The notes under the pieces are model-generated. The model saw nothing but the letters and a program-made list of their open reading frames with translations, ran no database searches and had not been told where the DNA came from. From Bacteroidales bacterium (GTDB taxonomy: Bacteria > Bacteroidota > Bacteroidia > Bacteroidales > ML635J-15), in NCBI GenBank assembly GCA_963676165.1, contig OY781043.1, positions 3,769,342-3,833,341 on the forward strand: 64,000 nucleotides of DNA, in the 5' to 3' direction. Each line of letters begins with the position of its first letter. Position 1 is the stretch's first letter. Positions 20,330-27,458 of the stretch are shown here, piece after piece. The position numbers and the translations under genes are program-made.

Positions 20330-20505
20330 GCGTTTAAATTTTATCATTATTTCTCCTAATTTATTTTTCTTAACGGATGGCGGTATGAAACGGTTGGGTT
20401 TTCGGAGCTCATAATTATCAACCGAGAAAAAGGCTGGCGCGAGAACCAAAGTTTCGCAAACCACTGAACCCCAACTGTTTTATGACCGCGTGTTGTGGGC
20501 AGTAA
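20330..20505. repeat. island intergenic repeat, copy C (distal module only, inverted)
   Basis: It shares GTTGTGGGCA (20492-20501, reverse complement of TGCCCACAAC at 24674-24683). It also shares TGAAACGGTTGG (20386-20397, reverse complement of the CCAACCGTTCA-type motif at 19130-19140). Confidence 0.45.
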
Positions 20506-21585
20506 TTAGTTCAGCTCAATTGCCTCATTAGTCTTAATTCGATAAACTAATCCATTTTCAAGTCCATAATAATAATATCCATTGAATTCTATAAAAAATG
20601 CTCCATCTGAATCGGAAAGTCCTTTATCTGTTATATTGTCGGTTTTTCCAGTTTCCAAATTTGAATATTTTAACCATTGTGACCAACCAAAATCAATTAA
20701 TAGATTATCAAATATATTTGCAACTGTAGTTGTACTCCAATTAACATTTGTTTCAATATCTACTTTTTTAGTCCAAGTAGAACCGTCATTACTTGTATAC
20801 ACGGAATTTCCTCTTAATTGCATGATGTTTTCAGAATCTTTGAAAATTGCTTGTGTTGATTCAATCTTTTCTAAATATCCGTTGTCATTTATAACATGCG
20901 TTCCATCAGAGGCTAATACATAATCAAAGTCTTTAAATCTTACTAAATCATACTTTTTAGGGCTTTCAAAAAAGGGTAATTCTGTAACATCAATCATCTT
21001 ATCAACAGTACTAGACAATCCACCTGTCTGATTTACCTTTATCCTTAAAATACAATAATAGTCATCTGAATTATCCATACCAGACGCATCCGATTTATCC
21101 CAACCGTGCATAATTACTGAAAAATCATCCCCATGATTAGACATTATATCTGATTCAAACATTCTTGTTTTATAACCTCGTGTTTGATAGTTTGGAATTT
21201 GCATATGCTCAACTTCTGATTTTTGATTACTTCCAATTTCTTGAAAACTAATCGAAATAGAATCCGTACTCCCGGGATTTGGAAAATAATAAATCGGAAT
21301 ACTTAGAATCTCCGCATTCTCAAATATGTATGCTGAACGAGTTTCTACAGATTTTTCTCCTGGAATTATTTGAGTATTAATAATATTGTGGTCTTTGTCA
21401 AAAGTAAAAATCGAATCTTTAGACATCAAAACTAGTTGGTTATTTATCACTGTTCCTGTCGTAAAATTCCGATTAGACATTTCTATGATTTTCTCCCAAC
21501 TATATTCAGAATTTGTATCAATCTCTTCTTTCTCACAGCTAATCAATCCGATTATTGCTATTATAAATAATAATTTCTTAATCAT
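20506..21585 (-). CDS. hypothetical lipoprotein
   Basis: 359 aa with lipobox IGLISC and a beta-rich sequence. No recognisable family. Confidence 0.55.
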   Translation of the reverse strand: MIKKLLFIIAIIGLISCEKEEIDTNSEYSWEKIIEMSNRNFTTGTVINNQLVLMSKDSIFTFDKDHNIINTQIIPGEKSVETRSAYIFENAEILSIPIYYFPNPGSTDSISISFQEIGSNQKSEVEHMQIPNYQTRGYKTRMFESDIMSNHGDDFSVIMHGWDKSDASGMDNSDDYYCILRIKVNQTGGLSSTVDKMIDVTELPFFESPKKYDLVRFKDFDYVLASDGTHVINDNGYLEKIESTQAIFKDSENIMQLRGNSVYTSNDGSTWTKKVDIETNVNWSTTTVANIFDNLLIDFGWSQWLKYSNLETGKTDNITDKGLSDSDGAFFIEFNGYYYYGLENGLVYRIKTNEAIELN

Positions 21586-21650
21586 ATCTATTGGTTTAGT
21601 ATTTAATTTCTAATTTCAACGATGCACGCCTCCCTTTATTCTGACTAACG

Positions 21651-23030
21651 TTAAAAATTACAATTGGGACTCAACGAGTTACCAACTCCAATTTCTTCCG
21701 GTTTTATGTCAAATTTAGCCATTTGTTTTTTAATTCTTTTAGCGATTCCCATTTTTCTTTTTTGATCAAGGAATAAATATTCTGTTGGGGGATTATATGG
21801 CACTTGCTTTACGACCATTGTCCAAATTATAGTGGCAAGCTTTCGAGCAGTCGCACTTACTGCTGCTTGTCGTCCTTTCCTATAAGCAATTCGATTAAAG
21901 AAATCAGACATATGAGTGTCTTTTAAATTCCCGATTGCATTTGCTGAATGCCGGAGTGCTATTTTTAATCTGCTACTCCCCTTGGGGATTCGATTACTCA
22001 ATACTTTTCCTCCTGATATTTTATTGTTCGGGGCAAGCCGTAACCATGAACAAAACTCCTTTGCTGTTTTAAACTTTTTAAATCCATCAATTCCAACCTC
22101 ACTCATTATTGCCATTACGGTTGCATGACTTACTCCTTCTATTGCCATTAAATCAACGCCTCCAAAATATTGAAAAGCAATTTGATTGAAGTTTTTAATG
22201 TCAATCGCATTTTTATTAATCCGCTTATATGGCTTATCTGTTGTTTTAAGCTTTTGTTTTTCCGGATTCTTTCGTATTTCTTTTTTAATTAATCGCTCAA
22301 TCTCTTTATCGCATGCTTTGATTTTCTTTTGAAAAAATTTGTAGCTGTCAAATTCCTGCTTTAATCCCAATAAATAGTCTTCTCTATTATTTCCATGCAA
22401 AGCTTTGGCTATTTCTTCTTTGGGCTTTCTGCAATTATAGTGTCGGTGTTCTGCTAATGAATATGGATCAAGATTCCCATTACAGATATCAGCAATGATT
22501 TTGATTCCTGTAAGCCCGCAAATATCATTTACCACAACATCTAAACGAAAGTTCAAAAACTTAAGGTATTTTGCCATTTTATGGGAGGCGCTTGATGCTA
22601 AATCAATCCAATTAGCCCTTTGACGGCAATAGGTCCGTAATGTTTCTGTGGTCTCATCGGGAAGAAAGCTACCCGAGAGCAATCCCAAAGAATGAAGTTG
22701 TTGAATCCAACGACTATCTTTTACATCTGTCTTTTTCCCTTTTGCATTTTTTGTAAACTTTCCATTGCACAAAATAACCTCAATGCCATGTTTTTGCAAT
22801 TCCACATATAAATTTTGCCAATAATCACCTGTTGATTCCATTGCTACTGTGGTAATATCATATGAAAGCAACCATTTGCAAAGTTTCACCAGATCTTCAG
22901 CATAAACACCAAATTCTTTTACATCTTCTAATGATTGCCCTACTGCAACAAAATGAGATCTGCTACCCACATCAATACCTGCTGCATTGTGATTTACAAT
23001 CTCCATTTCAATTTTCTTTTTCCTTGCCAT
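21651..23030 (-). CDS. IS110 family transposase (DEDD recombinase)
   Basis: N-terminal RuvC-like DEDD motifs (AAGIDVGSRSHFVAV, AMESTGDYW, DVKDSRWI) and a C-terminal Transposase_20-like HhH region (LMAIEGVSHATVMAIMSEVG ... ISGGK). Confidence 0.9.
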   Translation of the reverse strand: MARKKKIEMEIVNHNAAGIDVGSRSHFVAVGQSLEDVKEFGVYAEDLVKLCKWLLSYDITTVAMESTGDYWQNLYVELQKHGIEVILCNGKFTKNAKGKKTDVKDSRWIQQLHSLGLLSGSFLPDETTETLRTYCRQRANWIDLASSASHKMAKYLKFLNFRLDVVVNDICGLTGIKIIADICNGNLDPYSLAEHRHYNCRKPKEEIAKALHGNNREDYLLGLKQEFDSYKFFQKKIKACDKEIERLIKKEIRKNPEKQKLKTTDKPYKRINKNAIDIKNFNQIAFQYFGGVDLMAIEGVSHATVMAIMSEVGIDGFKKFKTAKEFCSWLRLAPNNKISGGKVLSNRIPKGSSRLKIALRHSANAIGNLKDTHMSDFFNRIAYRKGRQAAVSATARKLATIIWTMVVKQVPYNPPTEYLFLDQKRKMGIAKRIKKQMAKFDIKPEEIGVGNSLSPNCNF

Positions 23031-23245
23031 ATTTTTTCATTTTAATTCGTAAAATGACTCTAAGGAAATGTATCTTTGAATCGAGAAATATTCTGAACGG
23101 GGTCTTCGCTTAATGCGAGCCACCACTGGATTTATCAACAGGCCTCTGAAGTGAACTTTCAGAGGCTTTTTACATTTCAACCAGAATTACGCACGGGCTT
23201 TTTAAGCACCATTTAAAAGATCGGTCATACATAGAGTCGGCATAA
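21656..23245 (-). mobile_element. IS110-family insertion sequence (boundaries approximate)
   Basis: Similarity to copy A stops after ...CTAACGTTAAAAATTA (21660) and resumes near 23248. There are no terminal inverted repeats, as is usual for IS110. It has a long 5' non-coding end and almost no 3' end. Confidence 0.6.
23031..23245 (-). ncRNA. candidate IS110 bridge (guide) RNA in the left non-coding end
   Basis: The roughly 215-nt non-coding leader upstream of the recombinase is where IS110-group elements encode the bridge RNA. It contains a strong 9-bp hairpin (23141-23165). No covariance model was run. Confidence 0.25.
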
Positions 23246-23399
23246 AAATAGCAGAACTTTTCTTTCAAACACCCTCCTTCGTTAGCAAAAGGATTTAATC
23301 TGAGCTGGAGGAATAGATAACTTAAGTTTAAATCTATTTGGGAGGTTCTTATGTGGGGAATGTCTTGTCCTGAAATATGGCTACAGGTTAAACATACGA

Positions 23400-24260
23400 T
23401 TAAGCTCTATATTTAAACACCATATTAGGGGTTTTATAATTCAAAGATAAGTGTAATCTTTTATTATTATATATGCTGATAGCATTTTTAGTAGCGACTT
23501 TAGCATTTTTCAGGCTAAAGAAGCATTGATCGAGATAAAATTCTTCTTTAAGAATTCCATTAACTCTCTCAGCTATAGCATTTTCATAACAATGATTTTC
23601 TTCTGTCATACTTATCTTAATATTTCGTTTTTTTAATTCTTTTACATATTGATTACTACAGTATTGTATTCCACGATCAGAGTGATGTACTAATCCCGCC
23701 GCTGGTCGGGCATGCCACAGAGCCTTTTTGAGGGCTCGTAGGCAGCCCGCCAGCTCCAGTGAGTTGCTAATATCATATCCAACGATTTTCCTGGAATACA
23801 TATCAGTAATAAGTGCTAAATAACAAAAACCATTAACAGTTCTGATGTATGTAATATCAGATACCCAAACTTGATTAGGAGCAGTAACAGTCATGTCTTT
23901 CACAATGTTTTTATACTTGTGAAAACGATGATAAGAGTCTGTAGTTCTGCAGGATGCTTTTTTACGTTTTATAAGCATATTGTTGTCTCTGAGAATATCA
24001 AAAAGCTTATCTCTACCAACTTTAATACATCTCTTTTCAAAAATTGTATTTAGAGATTTATAGAGTTTTTTTGTTCCAACTCTTGGCTGTTCAATCCGTT
24101 CATTTTTCACAAGTTCAAGAACCTGATTTTCGACGTTTTCTCTTTTAAGTTTACGCTCTATAAATTTATAATAAGCATCTCTGTGCATACCAAAGCACTG
24201 GCAGGTTTGCTCAATGCTTGCCTGCCTTGTGTGCTTAATTTTTTCCACTGCCTTAACCAT
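23400..24260 (-). CDS. IS3 transposase OrfB (rve/DDE integrase core)
   Basis: DDE core motifs WVSDITY, HHSDRGIQY and NAIAERVNGILKEE. It lies in the -1 frame relative to OrfA. Confidence 0.9.
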   Translation of the reverse strand: MVKAVEKIKHTRQASIEQTCQCFGMHRDAYYKFIERKLKRENVENQVLELVKNERIEQPRVGTKKLYKSLNTIFEKRCIKVGRDKLFDILRDNNMLIKRKKASCRTTDSYHRFHKYKNIVKDMTVTAPNQVWVSDITYIRTVNGFCYLALITDMYSRKIVGYDISNSLELAGCLRALKKALWHARPAAGLVHHSDRGIQYCSNQYVKELKKRNIKISMTEENHCYENAIAERVNGILKEEFYLDQCFFSLKNAKVATKNAISIYNNKRLHLSLNYKTPNMVFKYRA

Positions 24261-24262
24261 AC

Positions 24263-24628
24263 TTAGATGTTTAAGTTTTTTTTTAGCTCTTCGACATCTT
24301 TATATCCCAGTTTTTCAGCTGCGACTTCAAGATATGAATCAGATGCTAATTTGTCTAAGTCTTTCTTAATCAATAACTCTTTGAGTTTTTTGATTTCTTT
24401 TTGTAAGGCTTTGAGTCTGGTTGTTTCGTCTTGAGTTTCCACTAATATACGAGTATTCATTAAATCTTTCCGGTTGTACTTTTTGATCCATTCGTTTATG
24501 GTAGTTCGGTTAATACCATAAATTTCACCTAGTTTTTTCTTTGAATAATTTCCAGTACTAAGTTCGGCTAAAATTTTCAATTTAAAACCTTCACTGTAAC
24601 GTTTTGTAATCCCATCATTTTTATACAT
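24263..24628 (-). CDS. IS3 transposase OrfA (HTH + leucine zipper)
   Basis: 121 aa with an HTH (LGEIYGINRTTINEWIKKY) and a coiled-coil C-terminus. Confidence 0.9.
   Translation of the reverse strand: MYKNDGITKRYSEGFKLKILAELSTGNYSKKKLGEIYGINRTTINEWIKKYNRKDLMNTRILVETQDETTRLKALQKEIKKLKELLIKKDLDKLASDSYLEVAAEKLGYKDVEELKKNLNI
24276..24284 (-). promoter_or_regulatory. programmed -1 ribosomal frameshift site (A9 run) of IS3
   Basis: The minus strand reads CTA AAA AAA AAC near the OrfA end. The -1 frame from this run is open and continues into OrfB (KKKLKHLSMVK...). Confidence 0.65.
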
Positions 24629-24802
24629 AATTTACTACATATTGTGTAGCCAGATTTTAGGACGGGTCAGAATTGCCCACAACGGTAAATTGTATGAGTA
24701 GTGGCAGATTGCGGGCTACTTTCCTGTCAAACCGCTATGCAGTTTGAGCGGGTTACAAACCTTGATGTTTACCACTTCGCCTGCCATTACTTATACAAAG
24801 TG

Positions 24803-25855
24803 TTACAGGGCGTTTTTATCTATTTCTATTCTATAAATCAAGTCGATAGGTTCAGGATATTTTAACGGAATATATTCTATTGCGAAAGGCAAATTCAATT
24901 CGCAAGCCGTATCAACATCTTTCTCTAACAAATCATTCTCTTGGCAATATTGAATTACCAATTTCATATAATTTCTCAATATCTGCAAGGATGGAAATCT
25001 CCCTTGCTTAGTCAACCACTCCATTAAGTCCGTGTCATTTTTTGAGGCATTACATTTTCGACAAGCCCAAACAAGATTTTCACCAGTGTCTTTCCCTCCT
25101 TTATTTCTTGGAATTATATGGTCAAGTTGTAAATTTCTTGTCTTACCGCAATAAACACAGCACTTGTCAGAATTTAATTTTGATTTCTCATCGTGAAACA
25201 ATGACCCCATATTCATTTGTCCAGACATCAATCCTTTAAATAGTCTTTGTCTGATAGCAAAATGATTTCTATTATATCTTTCAGTGTCATCCTCATTTGC
25301 TCTATATGCCATCGCTAAATTTGAATAAGACCAAAATAAAACGTCCTTAATTTTCTTGTATTCTCTTTTTGTCGATTTTCCGACAAAAGGATTTATTTTA
25401 ACTGGATATTTTGATTTATCTATGGAATACGGAACTCTCGGTTCTTTTCTTCTTTGTTCTCGGTCTTTCTCCGATTCAATTAACTCAGTTGCTATCTCTA
25501 ATCCTATTTCCGTTTCAAACTCAATTTGAGTGCGTGCCCACATTCCAATTTTAATTATCCAATTAATTTCCTCTGATAAATGATTTCCGAATAGTTTTTT
25601 ACAATTCTGGCAGGCAGGAAGTGAATTTTCGGCTGAATCTATCTCACTGAATGGAGTCGAAACACTAAATTTCTTATCGTCTAATTTCTCACCGCATATA
25701 TGACAGATTCCAGAAGTCTTTTCGAAAACCAATTGTTTTTCCGCTTTTCTCAAAGCTTTGGATTTTTCTTTTGACTTTGATTTATGTCGCAATTCACTCA
25801 ATCGTCTGAATTCTGCAAATAAAATTTCTTTGTCATCAATATATGGTAATTCCAT
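24803..25855 (-). CDS. HNH endonuclease with a degenerate N-terminal HNH-like zinc ribbon
   Basis: The C-terminal HNH motif is CVYCG...LQLDHIIPRNKGGKDTGENLVWACRKCNASKND. The N-terminal CHICG...CQNCKK ribbon lacks the catalytic D-H. No RuvC motifs. Confidence 0.8.
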   Translation of the reverse strand: MELPYIDDKEILFAEFRRLSELRHKSKSKEKSKALRKAEKQLVFEKTSGICHICGEKLDDKKFSVSTPFSEIDSAENSLPACQNCKKLFGNHLSEEINWIIKIGMWARTQIEFETEIGLEIATELIESEKDREQRRKEPRVPYSIDKSKYPVKINPFVGKSTKREYKKIKDVLFWSYSNLAMAYRANEDDTERYNRNHFAIRQRLFKGLMSGQMNMGSLFHDEKSKLNSDKCCVYCGKTRNLQLDHIIPRNKGGKDTGENLVWACRKCNASKNDTDLMEWLTKQGRFPSLQILRNYMKLVIQYCQENDLLEKDVDTACELNLPFAIEYIPLKYPEPIDLIYRIEIDKNAL

Positions 25856-25962
25856 CTTGTTGCGTCGTTTGTTTAAATGCCCTGTAACTCGTTTATCCCC
25901 TCACAAAACCTAACGAATACATCCAATATTTGTCATATATCTATAGGTTTGTTTGCTTCCTT

Positions 25963-25970
25963 CAAATATA
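25963..25970 (-). promoter_or_regulatory. -7 promoter box (TATATTTG on minus strand) upstream of the HNH gene
   Basis: TAnnTTTG match about 108 nt upstream of the ATG at 25855. Confidence 0.3.
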
Positions 25971-26070
25971 AACAAAATCGATGAAAAAAGCAATTGCTTA
26001 TTTATTTTATTTGGTAAATTGTCAAAAAGCTTGTTGTAGAATGCTTCTGAAGGCATTGAAAAAAGACTCC

Positions 26071-26205
26071 AACGCATAGGAAAAGCAGGCAGACAAACCG
26101 TTGAGAAATATTACTCAAGACATGCTTGGGAAAATAAATGGGTGGAATTTTTTAATCATGTGAGTTCAGATTTTCATTAGTAAGTGAACCCTAAAAGCCA
26201 AAGTG
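26071..26205. repeat. 135-bp direct repeat, right copy (candidate attR)
   Basis: Identical to 15781-15915. It supplies the last 9 codons and stop of the ATPase gene at 26177-27370. Confidence 0.95.
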
Positions 26206-27370
26206 GAATAATATTTTCTGAACCTATTTCAATATCATCTTTGATAACCCATGAGTTTTCAATATCTTTTATTTGCTGTTTCGACTTATTTTTGCCACCA
26301 ATTTCAAAATGATACTTCTCGTCCAACATAAAATCAACCTGCTTTGAAGCTGAAACTTGATGGTTTTGTTGTAATTGATTGAAAAAGAATGTCTCTCGAA
26401 CATTACCAGTATCCGGTTGCTGATCTGAAAGTGCAAACATCATATTGGAGTTATTGATATAAATTTTCTCAGGTTTATTCAAACTATTAATCCCTCTGTT
26501 TGCTGACTTCAATAAACTCAAAATTTCAGCATCATGCATAAGATACAAATACTGTTTAAGTGTATTTATGCTAATTCCTGTACGACTGCTCAATGAAGTC
26601 ATATTCGGTTTAAAAGGCACACTATTACTAAGAATCTGCAATAGCTTTTTCAAGTAATAAATATTTGCAGAAGGAATATTTATAAATTGAGGAATATCAA
26701 CTTCCAATATTGTTAAAATAACCTCTTCAAGTTTTCTGTGAAACGATATTTTATTTTCAATATAAAAAGGATAATAACCATGTAATAAATAGTCATTAAA
26801 ATATGCTAGTGGTTTAATTTGATTTTTAATTTGGAAGCCAATTTCCACATGATTTTTTAGAATATCTTTTAATTTATAAGATTCAAATTCATAAACACCT
26901 TCAAAGCTTAGATATTCACGAAAAGAAAGTCCTGGCATGTGATATATAACCGCTCTACGACTTAAATCTGCTTTTGCTTTTTGAAAATGTAATAATGACG
27001 AACCTGTAAAAATTATTTTCAGGTCAGAAAAATCATCATATATATTTTTTAACTCAATTGCCCAGTTATTATACCTATGAATTTCATCTAAAGCAAGCAA
27101 TCTACCACCTTTCATATAAAACGCTGAAGCAAGGTCATAAAGACGATTTTCAGTGAAGTACAAATCATCAAGGCTAACATATAGTACATTATCGAGTACT
27201 TTGTATTGCTGCTTTATATACTGAAGAATTAATGTTGTTTTACCAACACCTCTACTCCCCTTAATTCCAATCAAGCGATTTTTCCAATCAATGATATCTT
27301 TAAAATCTCTAACTGTTTCAAGATTTACTTCAGATAACTTAGTATAGAATTTTTGTATTAGCTCATTCAT
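26177..27370 (-). CDS. AAA+ ATPase (AAA_14 + DUF4143-like, COG1373 type)
   Basis: Walker A GSRGVGKTT and Walker B LLALDEIH. Paralogous along its length to 58219-59406 (shared ...KDDIEIG...IPLW..G..Y C-terminus). Confidence 0.8.
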   Translation of the reverse strand: MNELIQKFYTKLSEVNLETVRDFKDIIDWKNRLIGIKGSRGVGKTTLILQYIKQQYKVLDNVLYVSLDDLYFTENRLYDLASAFYMKGGRLLALDEIHRYNNWAIELKNIYDDFSDLKIIFTGSSLLHFQKAKADLSRRAVIYHMPGLSFREYLSFEGVYEFESYKLKDILKNHVEIGFQIKNQIKPLAYFNDYLLHGYYPFYIENKISFHRKLEEVILTILEVDIPQFINIPSANIYYLKKLLQILSNSVPFKPNMTSLSSRTGISINTLKQYLYLMHDAEILSLLKSANRGINSLNKPEKIYINNSNMMFALSDQQPDTGNVRETFFFNQLQQNHQVSASKQVDFMLDEKYHFEIGGKNKSKQQIKDIENSWVIKDDIEIGSENIIPLWLLGFTY

Positions 27371-27458
27371 GATTATTCATTTTAACAAAAATACTAAATT
27401 TATCAATGCATTGACAGTTTTTAAAATATATTTATCAATACGTTGACAGTTTTGCGAC

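Larger units (their letters stand above)
23361..24669 (-). mobile_element. IS3-family insertion sequence, complete
   Basis: 1309 bp with TG...CA termini and imperfect terminal inverted repeats (20 of the first 25 positions match). A 3-bp target duplication GAA lies at 23358-23360 and 24670-24672. Confidence 0.9.
21632..24802. repeat. island intergenic repeat, copy B (interrupted by IS110 and IS3)
   Basis: The fragments 21632-21660, about 23248-23360 and 24673-24802 together align to copy A in order. IS110 and IS3 occupy the gaps. Confidence 0.55.
15916..26070. mobile_element. putative integrated genomic island (insert between the 135-bp direct repeats)
   Basis: 10,155 bp between perfect repeats, visibly more AT-rich than the flanks. 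All genes are on the minus strand. It holds IS110 and IS3 copies and a private intergenic repeat family. No integrase gene was recognised. Confidence 0.6.

Noticed and set aside
20330-20464. N-terminal 45-aa extension of the serine hydrolase ORF (MVCETLVLAPAFF...).
   Set aside because: The extension runs through intergenic repeat copy C and has no signal-peptide logic. A canonical lipoprotein signal begins at the internal Met (ATG 20329).
23141-23170. Plus-strand rho-independent terminator (9-bp stem followed by TTTTT) inside the IS110 leader.
   Set aside because: It may block read-through into the IS. However, it lies inside the element's non-coding end on the strand opposite the transposase. 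It is more economically explained as part of the IS RNA structure, so it is not reported as an independent terminator.
24803-25855. IscB/Cas9-like RNA-guided nuclease (HEARO-type), because an HNH gene sits beside structured-looking non-coding repeats.
   Set aside because: The protein is only 350 aa and has no RuvC-like D/E/H motifs or PLMP-type N-terminus. The neighbouring repeats occur at several island intergenic sites rather than as one gene-linked RNA.
15916-26070. Tyrosine or serine integrase, excisionase, or conjugation/phage genes that would explain the island.
   Set aside because: None of the island ORFs, nor the short ORFs of at least 60 aa on either strand, shows R..H..R..Y-type or resolvase-type motifs. 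Only IS110 (DEDD) and IS3 (DDE) transposases are present, so the integration mechanism is left open.
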